DNA of 64,000 nt, from NCBI RefSeq assembly GCF_030144855.1, contig NC_082719.1, forward strand, positions 81,840,001 to 81,904,000, written 5' to 3'. The DNA comes from Hypanus sabinus. Taxonomy: Eukaryota. This document shows positions 1 through 12,989 of the stretch, piece by piece (within the stretch, counting starts at the first letter, position 1; every line of letters starts with the position of its first letter). Made by a program: the position numbers and the translations under genes. Below the pieces are notes generated by a model that searched no databases, was not told where the DNA came from, and was given only the letters and a program-made list of their open reading frames with translations.

Positions 1-189
1 TAGGAAGTGGGAGCTTATCCCCATTACACACCGGCTATAACAACCTCAAGGAACTTGCAAATCATTGAACCTTGCATAGTTGATTTTACATTATTCAAGC
101 AATGTTTGGGGGGATTAGTGTAGGACTTGTACTATGTGTTTTTGATGGTCAGCATGGACACAGTGGGCCATGACTAGGAACATATCAAT

Positions 190-560
190 GATGGGGCAAG
201 TAAAGTTGAGTGTAGTTATCCCCTTTTATTCGAGAGCCTGATGGTTGTGGGGTAGTAACAGTTCTTGAACCTGGTGCTGCGAGTCCAGAGGCTCCTGTAG
301 CTTCCACCTGATGGCAGCAGCAAGAAGACAGCATGGCCTGAGTGGTGAGGGTCTCTGATGATGGATGCTGCTTTCCTATGACAGCACTTCATGTAGATGT
401 GCTCACTGGTTGGGAGAGCTTTACCCGTGATGTACTGAACTGAATCCATTACATTTTGAAGGACTTTCCGTTCAAAGGCGTAGGTGTTTCCACATCAGGC
501 TGTGATGCAGCCAATCAATACATTCCCCACTACACATCCACAGAAGTTTGTTGAAGTTTA
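190..560 (-). mobile_element. Rex1/Babar-type LINE 3' fragment
   Basis: KAASIIRDPHHSGHAVFLLLPSGGSYRSL...FKNCYYP. Confidence 0.8.
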
Positions 561-564
561 GTTC

Positions 565-1530
565 ATTGATGACAGCACAATGATCAATATACCATTCACA
601 ATTCTACAAATAATGAAACAGTCCTCATCCAAATGCAAGAAGACCTGGACAATATACAGGCCGGAGGTGGCAAGTGGTGAGTAATGTTCACACTACACAA
701 GTGCCTGGCAATGACAATATATCCAACTAGGGAAAAACCTGTTCTCACTCCCTGACATTCAATGGTATTACCAACACTGAATTGCCCCATTATCTATACG
801 GTATCTGCTTTGGGGGAGGGGGATGATTACCCTTGACCAGAAACTGAATTAGAGTAGTACACAATATGGTTATAAGAGCAGGTCAGAAGCCAGGAATCCT
901 GCAGTGATTTTTCTAGCATCAATCTTCTCTAAGCTTGTCCACTATCTACGGGACTCCGATGGATTGCTTGGACATTGCTACACACACAAAATGCTGGAGA
1001 AACTCAGCAGGTCAGGCAGCATCTTTGGAAATGAACAGACATTTTGGGCTAAGACCCTTCTTCAGGACTGAGAAGGAAGACACTGGAATAAAAAGTTGAT
1101 AGGTGAGTGAGAAAGGTGAAGGGCTGGAGATGAAGGAATATGATAGGAGAGGAGAGTGGACCATAGGAGAGAAATGGGGGAGTGATAAGCAATCCATCCA
1201 CTCCACTACCAGTGTGCACCATCTACAGGATGCATTGTAGCAACTCACCAAGACAACACCTTCCAAACCAACTACCTCTGCCAGCCTGAATGACATGGGC
1301 AACAAGAGCAAAGGAATACCACTATGTAGCAGTTGCCGTCCAAGCCACATGGCTTGACAATCTCGCTGGTCCACCACTGTCACTGGGCAAAAATCCTGGA
1401 CAGTGCTCCTATCGGGATAATACACACACTAAAGGACTGAAATATTTCAAGAAGCAACTGCATCAGATCAAGGGATGGGCAATTAAATGCTGGCTCAGCT
1501 TGCGACATCCACATCCCTTGAATTAATAAA
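565..1530 (+). mobile_element. Old CR1/L2-group LINE fragment, interrupted by a Penelope piece
   Basis: QEDLDNIQAGGGKW*VMFTLHKCLAMTI RT-tail remnant. Confidence 0.55.
980..1185 (-). mobile_element. Penelope pLTR-derived fragment
   Basis: ACACAAAATGCTGGAGAAACTCAGCAGGTCAGGCAGCATC plus a degenerate CTGAAGAAGGGTCTTAGCCCAAAA on the minus strand. Confidence 0.65.
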
Positions 1531-2279
1531 AATGTCATCAAACCTTTTAGGTTGTAATGTTAAAGGTTCATCATACTCCACGAAAAGAATGGCTTCAATT
1601 GTGCAAAATAGCTAAGTCTTTTATTTTAGAGCCCCTAAAGAATTTTGTAGGTCTCAGTAACATCAATTTATTCTTCAAAACTCAAGAAAGCACAAGGTTA
1701 GTAGTTTCAAAAGGCTGGGCATAACAAAGGGCAATAATTTAATTTACAATCCACACTTTCTGGGAACTCCTCCTTCACAGGGGATAAATTAAATTCCCAA
1801 CCGCAGACTTGAACGAGGTTGAACGGTTATCCGCACCTGCTTGACGTCGAATACAGATTTAGATTTATTGTCATCGACATCAGGGTGTAATGACAATCCT
1901 TGATCGCATGAAGCTCAGTGCTCCGTTCAGTGAAAGGTAGAGCGAACATCCAAACCGACACAGATGAGCCAAAGTAACCCCGGAAGTATCAAAAGGGAAT
2001 TTAAAGTGTTTTCCATTAGATTGGTCTTTAGAGGCAAATAGTCGGTAGGACTTTTATAAGACAACGGCAGAACGACAATTTTAGGCTGACAAGCCATCTA
2101 AGTCACTGGACTCCCAATTAGCTGCTACCGCCACAGTGCAGTGTTGACACAGAGGGAACCGATGAAATGTAAACTGCTAATGTCTGATCTAATAAAGGGG
2201 GTGAAACGCAAATCGCCAGCACAGTTCGCGGTAACTACACTTGCATCTATTTCTTACTAAGCCCCTGGACCCGAGACAT

Positions 2280-2830
2280 ACTGGCGGTTGTGGAAGGGAA
2301 CTCCAAACTCCGGAGGGGCCGAGCGGATGACTTACCGGATCCCCAGGCCCAGGTGACCGATCATATGCGACAGGGACACATCGGTCGCTTCGAACGGCTT
2401 CCTCCGCTCTTTAAACTCGTGCGCCAGGCAGATCCTCCACCCGAACTGCGGTACTCCAGCCCTGTCCAAGCTGCCCCCCGCATAGCCAAGCATTAGCTCC
2501 GAGCCCTGAGGCGCCCCACCCTCCATCTCCACTCAGGGCGCACAGCTCCGCCCGCCGCCTCCGTCCACCCACCCACTGCCGCGGCCGGCCCCGGCCCGTA
2601 CGCATGCGCGCTGTCACTTTGGCGACCCAGGAGGGGGCGGGCAGGAATATCGCGCATGCGCCCTGCGCCTCCCCGGCCGACCGCGCGGTTATTCCCGGAG
2701 GAGGGCAGAATAAGGAAGAACGCCAATCCTATTAAAACCCCAATAAATGTAACAACTTTTATGAAAGGTTCCAGCGTGTCAAAGCAGTTTACGGACTCTG
2801 GTCAGAAAATACCTACGTCGGAAACGAGTG
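2280..2830 (-). promoter_or_regulatory. GBA2 CpG-island promoter with NRF1, GC-box and CCAAT motifs
   Basis: CpG-dense stretch in otherwise CpG-poor DNA. NRF1-type GCGCATGCGC at 2652-2661 and ACGCATGCGC at 2600-2609, GGGGCGGG at 2634-2641, CCAAT at 2723 and 2740. Confidence 0.75.
2336..2526 (-). CDS. GBA2: Non-lysosomal glucosylceramidase, first coding exon (gene continues beyond left edge)
   Basis: ATG in strong Kozak context (gagATGg) at 2526. Translation [64 protein letters not shown] matches the GBA2 motif [21 protein letters not shown]. The exon ends in a phase-2 donor CG|GTAAGT at 2336/2335 and lies in a CpG island. Confidence 0.93.
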
Positions 2831-3004
2831 TATTGTCACGCACCAAAAGTACATGTATATATCTTGAATCAATGCTAAATTAAACAATTTTAGGTAACTA
2901 GCTCTTTCTCCCTCTCCTCAGATGTGGTTGTATCTTTATGTTTTTGTTTCACTGATTTTGTTTACAGTATCCTTTAACTTCAACTGTACTCTGTCACTGA
3001 TTTT

Positions 3005-3460
3005 CAGAATCAGGTTTATCATTACCGGCATGTGGCGTGAAATTTGTTAATTTAGCAGCAGCAGTTCAATGCAATACATAAGCAGAGAGAGAAAAAAAAA
3101 TAAAACATAATAATAAATAAACAAGTAAATCAATAACGTCTATTGATTAGATTATTTAAAATAGGCAATAACAGAAATATTGTATATTTTAAAAAGTGAG
3201 GTAGTGTCCAAAGCTTCAAAGTCATTTAGTAATCGGATGGCAGAGGAGAAGAAGCTGTTCCTGCATCTCTGAGTGTGTGCCTTCAGGCTTCTGTATCTCC
3301 TACCTGATGGTAACAGTGAGAAAAGGGCGTGCTCTGGGTGCTGGAGGTCTTTTACAATGGGTGCTGCTTTTCTGAGACACCACTCCCTGAAGATGTCCTG
3401 GGTACTTTGTAGGCTAGTGCCCAAAATGGAGCTGACTAGATTTACAACCTTCTGCATTTT
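3005..3460 (-). mobile_element. Rex1/Babar-type LINE 3' fragment
   Basis: [17 protein letters not shown]; near-identical to 31500-32010 and 57540-58110. Confidence 0.85.
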
Positions 3461-3607
3461 GCCTCCATTCTCTCCACACATCCCCTCCCTGTGTCTCTCA
3501 GCAAACTAAAACATCTTAGATTTCTTACTTTTACAGTTCTGTTTAATGGTCTTTGACACAAAGTGGGGGTTTCAGCAACCTGTGACAAGTCAGGCAATGA
3601 TACACAG

Positions 3608-3912
3608 AGGCATGGTATCACAGCTGGTAGATCCACTGCCTCTCAGAGCTAGTGTCGTTTAATCCTGACAGGCGCTGTCTGTGTGGAGTTTGCACCTTCT
3701 TTCATGTCTCTGGTTTCCTCGCATATCATAAAGATAGGTAGGTTGGTTGGTTGGTTAAACTTCATATAGTGTGTAGCTGAGGGGTAGAATATGGGATGAG
3801 TTGAATAGAGTGTGGGGAGAATAAACATAAGATAAATGTAAGATTAATGTAAATGTGTGGTTGATGGTCAATGGGCACTAAGGGCCTGTTTTTGTTATGT
3901 ATCTCTATGACT
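3608..3912 (+). mobile_element. HE1/V-SINE-like element
   Basis: tRNA-like head, central TGTGTGGAGTTTGCA...GGTTTCCTC block and CR1-like tail. Confidence 0.6.
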
Positions 3913-4016
3913 AGGTAAAAATTAGGGATCTGCAGACATCTTGAAGTCAAATATAAGGTCAAGTAATTTACTTCAGTCTCATAGAGCTGCTGGGGAGAAG
4001 GACAGGTTCAAAACGA

Positions 4017-4549
4017 TGAAACCCACCTGGTTTCCTTGGCTGTATAAATCTAGGGAATACACACTCGAGTCCTGCCAGACCCATGAGGTTGAGATGGTTC
4101 CCCCATCCCAAATCCCAGTTTATGCGGATGCTGTGTAAATTGCTACCCTGTTACAACTCAGTGCCAAGAAATAACAGACAGCACACTGCAAATGATTAAA
4201 GGAATTATATTTATGAATCTTAACTACAAGTTTAGTAAAGAAGGAAAAATAACAAAAAAAGGCCCATTATAATTAAACAATCAAATATGCACAGGTTGAA
4301 GCTCAACTCTTCCAAAAGCCATATTCACTGACCCTCAGTAGACCTCTGCACCTTGCTCCATCGAATCACGGTCCCCCACTGGATCGTATCCTACGACTGG
4401 TTCTCTCCAGCATCTTCTCCCTTCATCTCCTGCTGAACAGAGGACCTAGCTCACATTCCAAAGCACTTGTTATCTCAAATCATAACTCAAACACTGATTC
4501 TGCAGAAAGACCATTGCGTTAGCAGTGAAACCTCTCCCAGGGTATTACA
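4017..4549 (-). mobile_element. Solo LTR (Gypsy-like)
   Basis: TG...CA termini (TGTAATACCC...GGGTTTCA on the minus strand); near-perfect 4-bp TSD ACGA/AAGA; shares motifs with 56837-57540. Confidence 0.6.
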
Positions 4550-5409
4550 AAGAGAAAATGCTGAGAGCCATTAGCAAGTCAGGCAACATTACTGCAGCCA
4601 GAGTCCTCATCATGGGGGTTACTAAGCGATTTATTACTAATACATGAAAACATAGCTAATTCCTCGGCATTTCTTTCCAAATGGGGAAATGAACAGATTA
4701 TGATATTTATTACAGGAAAATGAACAATACTTCAATCATTATTTTCAATCATTTTGTTCTACTTTATACTCAGTTACTGAAGAATGACAATAAACGATCT
4801 TCATTCATCTTCACCTGCCCCCATCATTGAAATGCTCCTACACCAATGGACTCACTTCCAAGGATTCATCATTGACTTTTATTGTTTTTTTTATTTATTA
4901 TTGTTATTTCTTCTATTTGTATTTGCACAGTTTGTTATCTTCTGCACTCTGGCTGAACACCCTAGTTGGGCAGATTTTTATTTATTCTGTTATGGTTATT
5001 ATTCTATAGATTTATTGAGAATCCCCACAAGAAAATGAATTTCAAGGTTGTATATGGTGATGTACAACCTTCGATAATAAAATTTATATTGAACTTTGAA
5101 CCTTGGATCTAGGATATTATTCTTTTAATCCCAGAAGGATTTTCCAGATAAATCTAGAAATTATCGTTCAACCTTTTCATTCACTCGTCAACATTTCATG
5201 TACATATGTTTTCCATCTCTCCTGGGCACTAAGTAAAGCTCTATCTTAAGCTTAAGCTGTAAAATCTTTCCCTGGAACATCTCTAAAGTGAAGGTTGTCA
5301 CTGAGTTAGTGTTGTGTCAGCCTGTATGATACTACTGGTCAACTTTTACCACTGTCCAGGTTAACACATTTGTTTTGCATTGTAAATGTAGGTAAGTGAC
5401 TAAACAACT

Positions 5410-8160
5410 ACCGCCCATGGTATTGACGCCAATCATCATGATGTACTTTGAACAGCTAGTAATGGCATATAATCAAAAACTCCATACTTGCCACATTGGA
5501 CACTCACCAGTATGCTTCTCAACAGAAGCGCTCTGCCATAGCATCTGTCATGCTCCTGACTCTGACACACCTAGAAAATAAGGACACATGTCAGAATGCT
5601 ATTTCTGGATTTCAGTTTGGCATTCAACACTGTTGTCTCAGAAAACTTGGTGATCAAGTTTTTACTCCTCAGTCTAAATACTTCACTGTGCAACTGACTG
5701 TTGGACTTCTTAACCAACAGACCTCAGATAGTCAGGATGCACAACCACTCTTCCCTCCCTATCGTCCTCAATCCTCAACACATAACCATTTAAGGCTATG
5801 TGCTGAGCCCATTGCTGTACACTCTGCACGGTCAAACACCCAAGTAATCACGTTATCAAGTTTTCCGAGAAAACGACAGTGGTGGGATTCATTAAGAACA
5901 ATGATGAAGTGGCCTACAGGGAGGAGGTGGAAGAGGCCTGCTGCCAGGCAAATAACCTCTTCCTTAATATAAACAAAGGAAATGGTTATTGACTTCAGTA
6001 GAACTTGTGATACTCACACCCCTCTTTACATCAGCAACACACACGAATTGCTGGGGCAACTCAGCAGGCCAGGCAGCATCAGCTCATCATAACCATTTTT
6101 ATAACTCTTTCAGGTCCATAAACAGTAACACTAAAAATCAGTCTACTGGAGGTCGGAAGCTGATTCATTAATAACTTAATAAGATATTGATTTGAAAAAA
6201 AAACTCAGTAGTTTTCTGCCCTGATCAAGACTCCTTTGATGCTGGCTAGCCTGCTGAGTTCCTCCAGAATTTTGCATGTGTCGTGTGGATTCCCAGCACC
6301 TGCAGATATTCTCGTGTTTGTGAGTGGAAACTTCAAGCAGTTTTAACTCCTGGAAGTACACATCTTGCACAACCTCTCATGGTCCCAGAACATCTTATCA
6401 TTGTTCAGATGTCATTATTTCAGAGGACATGTCCTGGGCCCAGCACATAAGTGCAAGTATCAAGAAAGCACAGCAGTGCTTCCTTAGAAGTCTGCGAAAA
6501 TTCCGCATGACATCTAAAAGTTGACAGACTTCTAAAGATGTGTGGTGGAGAGGTTATTGACCGGCTGCATTGGAAACACCAATGCCTTTGAATGGAAAAT
6601 CCAACCAAAAGTAGTATATATGTCCAAGTCCATAGGGTAAAGCCCTCCCCACAATTGAGCACATCTACATGGAGTGTTGTTGCAGGAAAAGCATCCATCA
6701 TCAAGGACCCCCACCACCTAGTTCACACTGTCTTCTCACTGCTGCCATCAAGAAAAAGGTACAGGAGCCTCAGGACCCACACCACCAAGTTCAGGAACAG
6801 TTATTACCCCTCACTCATCAGGCTTTTGAATCAGAAGGGATAACTTCACTCAACTTTACTTGCTCCATCACTTAACTGTTCCCACAAACTATGGATTCAT
6901 TTTCAAAGACATTCATCTCATTTTCTCAATTCTAATTATTTGTTTCTTTATTTATTTATTTTTGTATTTTGCATAGTTTGTTGTTTTTTGCACATTGGTT
7001 GTCCACCCCATTGGTGTGGCCTTTCATTGATTCTATTATGGTTATTGGATTTATTGAGTATGCCCACATGAAAATGAAAATCAGGGTTATACATGGTGAC
7101 ATACAGTATGTGTACTTTGACAGTAGGTTTACTTTGAACTTTGAATACATTCTACACAATCAGAAAAACTCACCAATGCATCCGCTTTCTGAGGAGGCTG
7201 AAGAGAACTGGACTATGCACATCCATATTCACATCATTCTGGTATGTCGAATACCGGGTGAACAAGTAGTCTTTGGGGTACTGCAAGTCTGTGTCTTTGC
7301 TTTTGCCTTGCTCACGCTTGACTGCTCGGTGGCGGCTGCCGATGCTTTTGTTTGCCGGTGGGGGGAGTGGGGATTGTTGCTTGTTACCGCTTAAGCGCAG
7401 GAGGGAGGGGACTTTGGGGTTCTAACATTTATCTGTCATTCATTCTTTGGGGGCGCTCCTCTGTTTTGTGGATGGTTGTGAAGGAAAAGCATTTCAGGAT
7501 GTATATCGTATACACCTCTCTGACATTAGATGTACATTTGAAACCTACTACAGATGCGCAGTAGAGAGCATCCTAACAAATTGCATCAGTGCTAGGCACA
7601 GAGACTGCACTGCGGTGGGCAGGAAGGCTTAACAACGGGTAGTCAAAACTGCATCACCAATACCAGCCTACTTGCCGTAAAGGACCAACAGAAAGATGCT
7701 GGAAAAGGGCCAGTAACATCATGAAAGATGTTACCCAACCACCCTGCTCATGGGCTGTTTGTCCCAGTCACATCAGGGAGGAGAGCCATGCTAGGACCAA
7801 AGAGTCAGTTTCCGCAGGGAGTAAGTCTGATCGATACCTCTGACCACCTAACACATCCCTCCAACCAGACCCCCCATCTCCGCCCATCACCGTTCCCCCT
7901 TTTCTTGTCAGTCACCTTATGTACAGCCACTCCTGTGCCTAGCACTTTATGGACGTACAATACTGTCAATCTATGTGTATGTTATTTTATGCATTTATAT
8001 TTATTGTGCTCTTTATCTTATTGTAAGCTACATCGGATTCGGAGTAACAATAATTTTGTTTGCTTTCGCACGTATGTACAGTACTGGAAATTGCATCAAG
8101 ATTAAAGTTTATTATCAAAGTATGTATACAGTATACAACTCTGAGATTTGTCTTCTCCAG
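5410..8160 (+). mobile_element. Cluster of Rex1/Babar-type LINE fragments
   Basis: RT remnants, KKAQQCFLRSLRKF, LLPSRKRYRSLRTHTTKFRNSYYP and the family 3' tail. Confidence 0.75.
6035..6322. mobile_element. Penelope pLTR-derived inverted element enclosing a captured local sequence
   Basis: Inverted arms at ~6035-6080 and ~6238-6285 surround a ~117-bp segment that matches the reverse complement of 8588-8703. Confidence 0.65.
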
Positions 8161-11100
8161 ACTTCAAACAATGTTAATAATAATTGTAGATCCCAAAGAA
8201 CACAGGAAGACAGTATTAGCAATAGAGAACGCAAAACTAGATTTTAACTATGAACTTTCAAACTACTTTCACAACATTGCTGCAAACTTCTGCTATTTCC
8301 TTGGATCCAAATTGCTACTGGTTTTTGATTAAAAGCTATGCATACATTGTAGAAATAAATTGTGAACTTGTAGACAGCAGCTGCTGTTAAATACAGCAGT
8401 GGGGCTTCTGCTCTTTCACGTGAGGCTTACATCACAACTTTATTTTGATTGCAACAGTCAATAAAATAACATGAAGTAAACAAGAACCCTGCTTTCAGAA
8501 TTAGTTCTATCAGTAGGAGGCCAGAAAATGCAAACACTCCAAAGAAAAACAAGGACAATGTAAGTGCTCCATGAAATTTAGAAAGTCTTTTTTAAAATCA
8601 AAATCTTATTAAGTAGTAAGGAATCAGCTTCTGACCTCCAGAAGACTGATTTTTAGTGTTGCTGTTTATGGACCTGAAAGAGTTATAAAGCTGGTTATGG
8701 TGACAAAACGTACACATTTGGCATTTGTGCTTTTCTGGAGTTTCCTCAGTAGGTGTGAAAACCAATTCTCCAGGGTGCTGTGAAGTCATTGATAAATATT
8801 TCCCGCAGATACTTTACACCTTCTATCCTGCACCCAGTAACCCACACTTACGAAACGGGAGGTTTGAACTTGAAAGGGAAAGAGTATTGTTCAGCTTGTT
8901 AAGGTAAAGCTTAGAGAACGACCAAAATCTGCCAAGAAAGCAGACCAGCTTCAAAGTAAATACAGTATGTTTGCTGTTGACATTCCTATATTCTACATCT
9001 GCAGCTATTAGAATTGGAATGTACTATTCTTAACACTAGTGAAAATACCTACTGTAGTGAAAACAGTTTACAGAGCAGTGAAAACAAATAAGCAAGAAGC
9101 AGAAACAAATTTCAGAACATGGAAAAACAGCATGATAAACATTTTGATCCTACATATGTAAAATAAACTATCTCTTAATTGTTGCTATTATTGAAGCTCA
9201 AGTGGATGAAAGCAGTATTTTTTAATTGTTCTTACCAGGCAATGGTATTTTCATTCATTTGGGGGATGCAAAACATTCCTAGTTGCTTTGTTAGATATAA
9301 TTGGCTTTCTACACCATTTCAGAGAGCAGTGAAAAGTCAACCATCCTAGTTACAAAGAAAAAAGGTAGTCCTTTTCTTTGAACTACTGTTGTCCTGCTTG
9401 TGATGATGACGCTAACACAACGGTGTGAGGTATGGAATTCAAGGATTGTGACTACAAAGCAAGTCAATTTATGTTCAAACCAGGGATGCTGCTTGACTTG
9501 CTGTGGAACTTACTGAGAGCTGTGGTTCATTGATGATGATACTTTTTGCCTTCGTTGCATTTAGAGTTGCAAAGCTTGAGGTGCTGTTGGAACAAACATG
9601 ACAAAATGCTGTGAGGCATCCTGTATTCATTATCACTGACACATGGCAAACTCGACCATTTAGCTGGTGGCTAAGTACATGTTTTACTAGTTGTCTTTAT
9701 TTTAAAAGTGCAGCAAGGAATAAACTTGAGAGTGGAGTGTAAGATTATTTTATATACTTAGGGGATAAAATTAATACAAACATTTTAAAAGAAGTTGCAA
9801 GTACCTTCATGAAGAGAATTAAAATGACATATATAAAGTTGAATTTATGACTTGTGTTTGGAAGAGTGACCTAGCCACAAGTCAAATTTTAGAAAATATT
9901 GCAGTGGATTTATATAATTTGTGTAAATATATGCGAGGGGTGGGGTGGGGGTGGGCAGAAGACAAGAAGCAAATGAGCCAGACTTACAGACTCCTGACAG
10001 GGAATCTGGAGACAAGACTTGAGTTTTATTACTGTGAGGAATTTATCAGTTTCATGGCATTATGTTCACTGGTTTGAAATTTTTAATGCCGCTCCACCAC
10101 TTATCAATTAGAAATGTTACAGAACTGAGAAAAAAATTCTGTGACAAAAATATGCGAGTTATGGAGTTTAAACTAAAGAACCCTGAATTTATGTGGAGTA
10201 TTTTTGTTTTAGGCTCCTATGTTATTGGCTCCAGTTCTATCTTGTCTCCAACTGTTTTGCCCAGATAAAGACTGTGACCTCCCTTGGTTTCTCATTCTTT
10301 CACTAACCATCCCTGGCCACCACACCAAGCTTCCACCTCACCCCTGTTTACACTAAGTTTTAGTTACATTCAGATGGAATTCATTTTAATGTTATCTCTT
10401 CTCTTTTAAGAAGGTTGGTTGGTATGTTGTCAAGTAAGTAGCCTCTTGTGACTGCTAATTACTTATGCATGATTTCTTAGATATTTAACGTAATATACTG
10501 TATTGGACAAAACAGATCTACATTAATATTTTTCCTTCACTGATTTGTCAACTGTTGGGAAAGTATGGATACACACTGTGGCTTCACCTGGGCTATTCTA
10601 CATGCATTACTACATAGAACATGGAACACAGAAAATCTACAGCGCATTACAGGCCATTCGGCCCACAATGTTGTGTCGATCATGTAACCTACTCTAGAAG
10701 CTGCCTAGAATTTCCCTACCACATAGCCCTCTGTTTTTCTCAGCTCCATGTGCCTATCTAAGAGCCTTTTAAAAGATCCCTTTTAAATAATTTATCTAAT
10801 TTTCAGTGACATTTGAACACAATTAACCAAAAGCGCGATTGAATACTGAAATTTTTTTGAAAATGTACACGGGCAGATGATATATTTTTTTTCCGTTGCA
10901 GGGTACTAAAATTCAGAACACGGTAATTGAAGCACAGTAATTTAGGAACAAGGTTTGGATAAACACATCAAGGGACAAAATTAAATAGGGATACGGGTAA
11001 AGAGCAGGAGAACTTACACAAAAAATGGTAATTGGACTGGCTTGCATCTGCTATTCAACATGCTGGAAATGACTTTGAACACTTCATTACTAGCATATTC

Positions 11101-11194
11101 CTCTGTGGCAAATTAAGGGGAATAATGATAAAACAAGTATCTTATCCTTACTGTGTTATTCTGCTCTGATGTTCCTGACTAACATGGAGCATGG

Positions 11195-11452
11195 ACTCAG
11201 TGGCCATCTTATTTGGTACTGGAGTGGAACCCAGTGTGCCCATCCACCCCAAAGTTCAATGTTCTGTCCAGTCAGAGATGCTCCTCGGCACAACATCGTC
11301 ACATAGCCATCCTCCTGTCAGCCTGAACCAATCTGGCTACTCTCCTCTGACTTCTCCCATTGACAAAGCATCTTGTCCACAGAAATAGCACTGTTTTCTG
11401 GATGTTATTCTCTTGTTTTCTGCACCATTCGCTGTAAACTCTGGAGACTGTT
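11195..11452 (-). mobile_element. Tc1/mariner fragment, same family as 32504-33071
   Basis: ACTCAGTGGCCA end and minus-strand translation SQRRVARLVQADRR. Confidence 0.65.
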
Positions 11453-12989
11453 GACAAACAACCAATGCGCAAAAGACAGGCTAAGCAAATATAAAAAGCA
11501 AATAATAAAAAAAAGAGAACATGAGTCTTTGAAAGAGTGTTCATAGATAGTGGAATCAGTTCAGTGTTGGGGTTAAGTGAAGTCATCCACACTGGTACAG
11601 GAGCCTGATGGTTGAAGGGTAATAATACTTTAAGGGTAATAATGTCGTCATCCTCCTGTGAATATACTTGGAGCATAGTTTTGTTATAATGAATCCATTA
11701 TTTTGTCAAAGGTGCAAGTCATGGACCAGTCCTGGATAAGGCAATTTCACTTGTTGGATTATGTTGACATCTGAGCAAGAAATCATAAAGATGTCTGCTA
11801 ACATTACCATTAATATGCATTAGTATCAATAGAAACATGGAAGCAAAAAGATCAATGTTAAAGCACTCAAGAGCTCCCAAAGACAGTTTGTCTTGTACGT
11901 TAGAGGGAACAAGCACAGGAGGTGGCAGCCTTGACATGCTTGGGATCTTCAGCACTAACAGCGGCCCAATGCTTGAAGCCCCACCACATTGACAGCCAAG
12001 AATGAAATGATGTTGAATATCAATTGGCTGCTAAAAGGTGGAGGTCACTGCAGCTTTATTCAGTGTTGACCTGAAAAAAGTTGGCAAAAGGAGAGCTCGG
12101 AGGTAATAATACAGAGAAAATATTACAGAGGGATTATTAAAGGAACAAAACCAATTAAGCAACATATTCTGTAATTAATGACACTTTAATGCTTAACACT
12201 GTGCCATGGATGAAATTTTGAAATGAGACCACACTAAGCAATCAGGTATAGAAAAGGTGAAGAATAAATTATTTACTATCTTCCTAACAGCTCTGAGACT
12301 CTCAGACAAGATTTCTCAAATGGCTTTGTTGGTAGAAAACTTCAGGAGAGAGTTCCGTAGAAATAAGTGAAACATTTTTTTCTAATCACTATCAATATTT
12401 CATCTCCAGTATCCACAACAAGAACTATTAAATCAGATGCACAATAAAGATTTGTCTTTGTACCAAATTAATTTTAGTCGATTTAACCATAATGCATATT
12501 GTCTATATTTTGATTAAAGTACACATTAACTGTGAAAGCACCATTGAGAAAGAAACAAACATGTAGTACTGCAGTGAAGTCATAGAGACAGAGAGAAATA
12601 CAGCTCCATCCCACTGAATCCATATAAACCATGAAGTGTGCATTTTTATACTAATCCTACCCTAATCCATTTTATCCTCTCCACACTCCCATCAGCTAGC
12701 CTCTATCACAGATTCTGCCACCCACCTACAAGTTACAGTAGCTAATTACTAACTATCTGCACATTTTGAGTTGCTGGGGGAAGCCACAAGAAACTATGCA
12801 GTTACACACAGAGTATTTTTAAGTGACAATTATTTTATTCATACAAAGCTGCCTACTCTACACAAATGCTTAAACTGGAATTACTGAGGCTCTTGGGCAA
12901 GTAGAACAATGTGGACTACAGAGGAAGAAGCTGGAGGTTCATGGTCCAGTCTTCATCGGGAGATTGGAGGCAAAGAGGGTCAGTCACTC

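Noticed and set aside
1-2335. GBA2 exon 2
   Set aside because: No YxxWWY...PFID-type exon found on the minus strand; it must lie left of the window.
2290-2883. Several plus- and minus-strand ORFs overlapping the GBA2 CpG island
   Set aside because: GC-rich stop-poor sequence with no recognisable homology; only the 2526-2336 frame matches GBA2.
8340-8575. Minus-strand FNSSCCL and a short similarity to the EGF exon as a relic EGF domain
   Set aside because: Too short, not colinear, no NGGTC and no splice sites.
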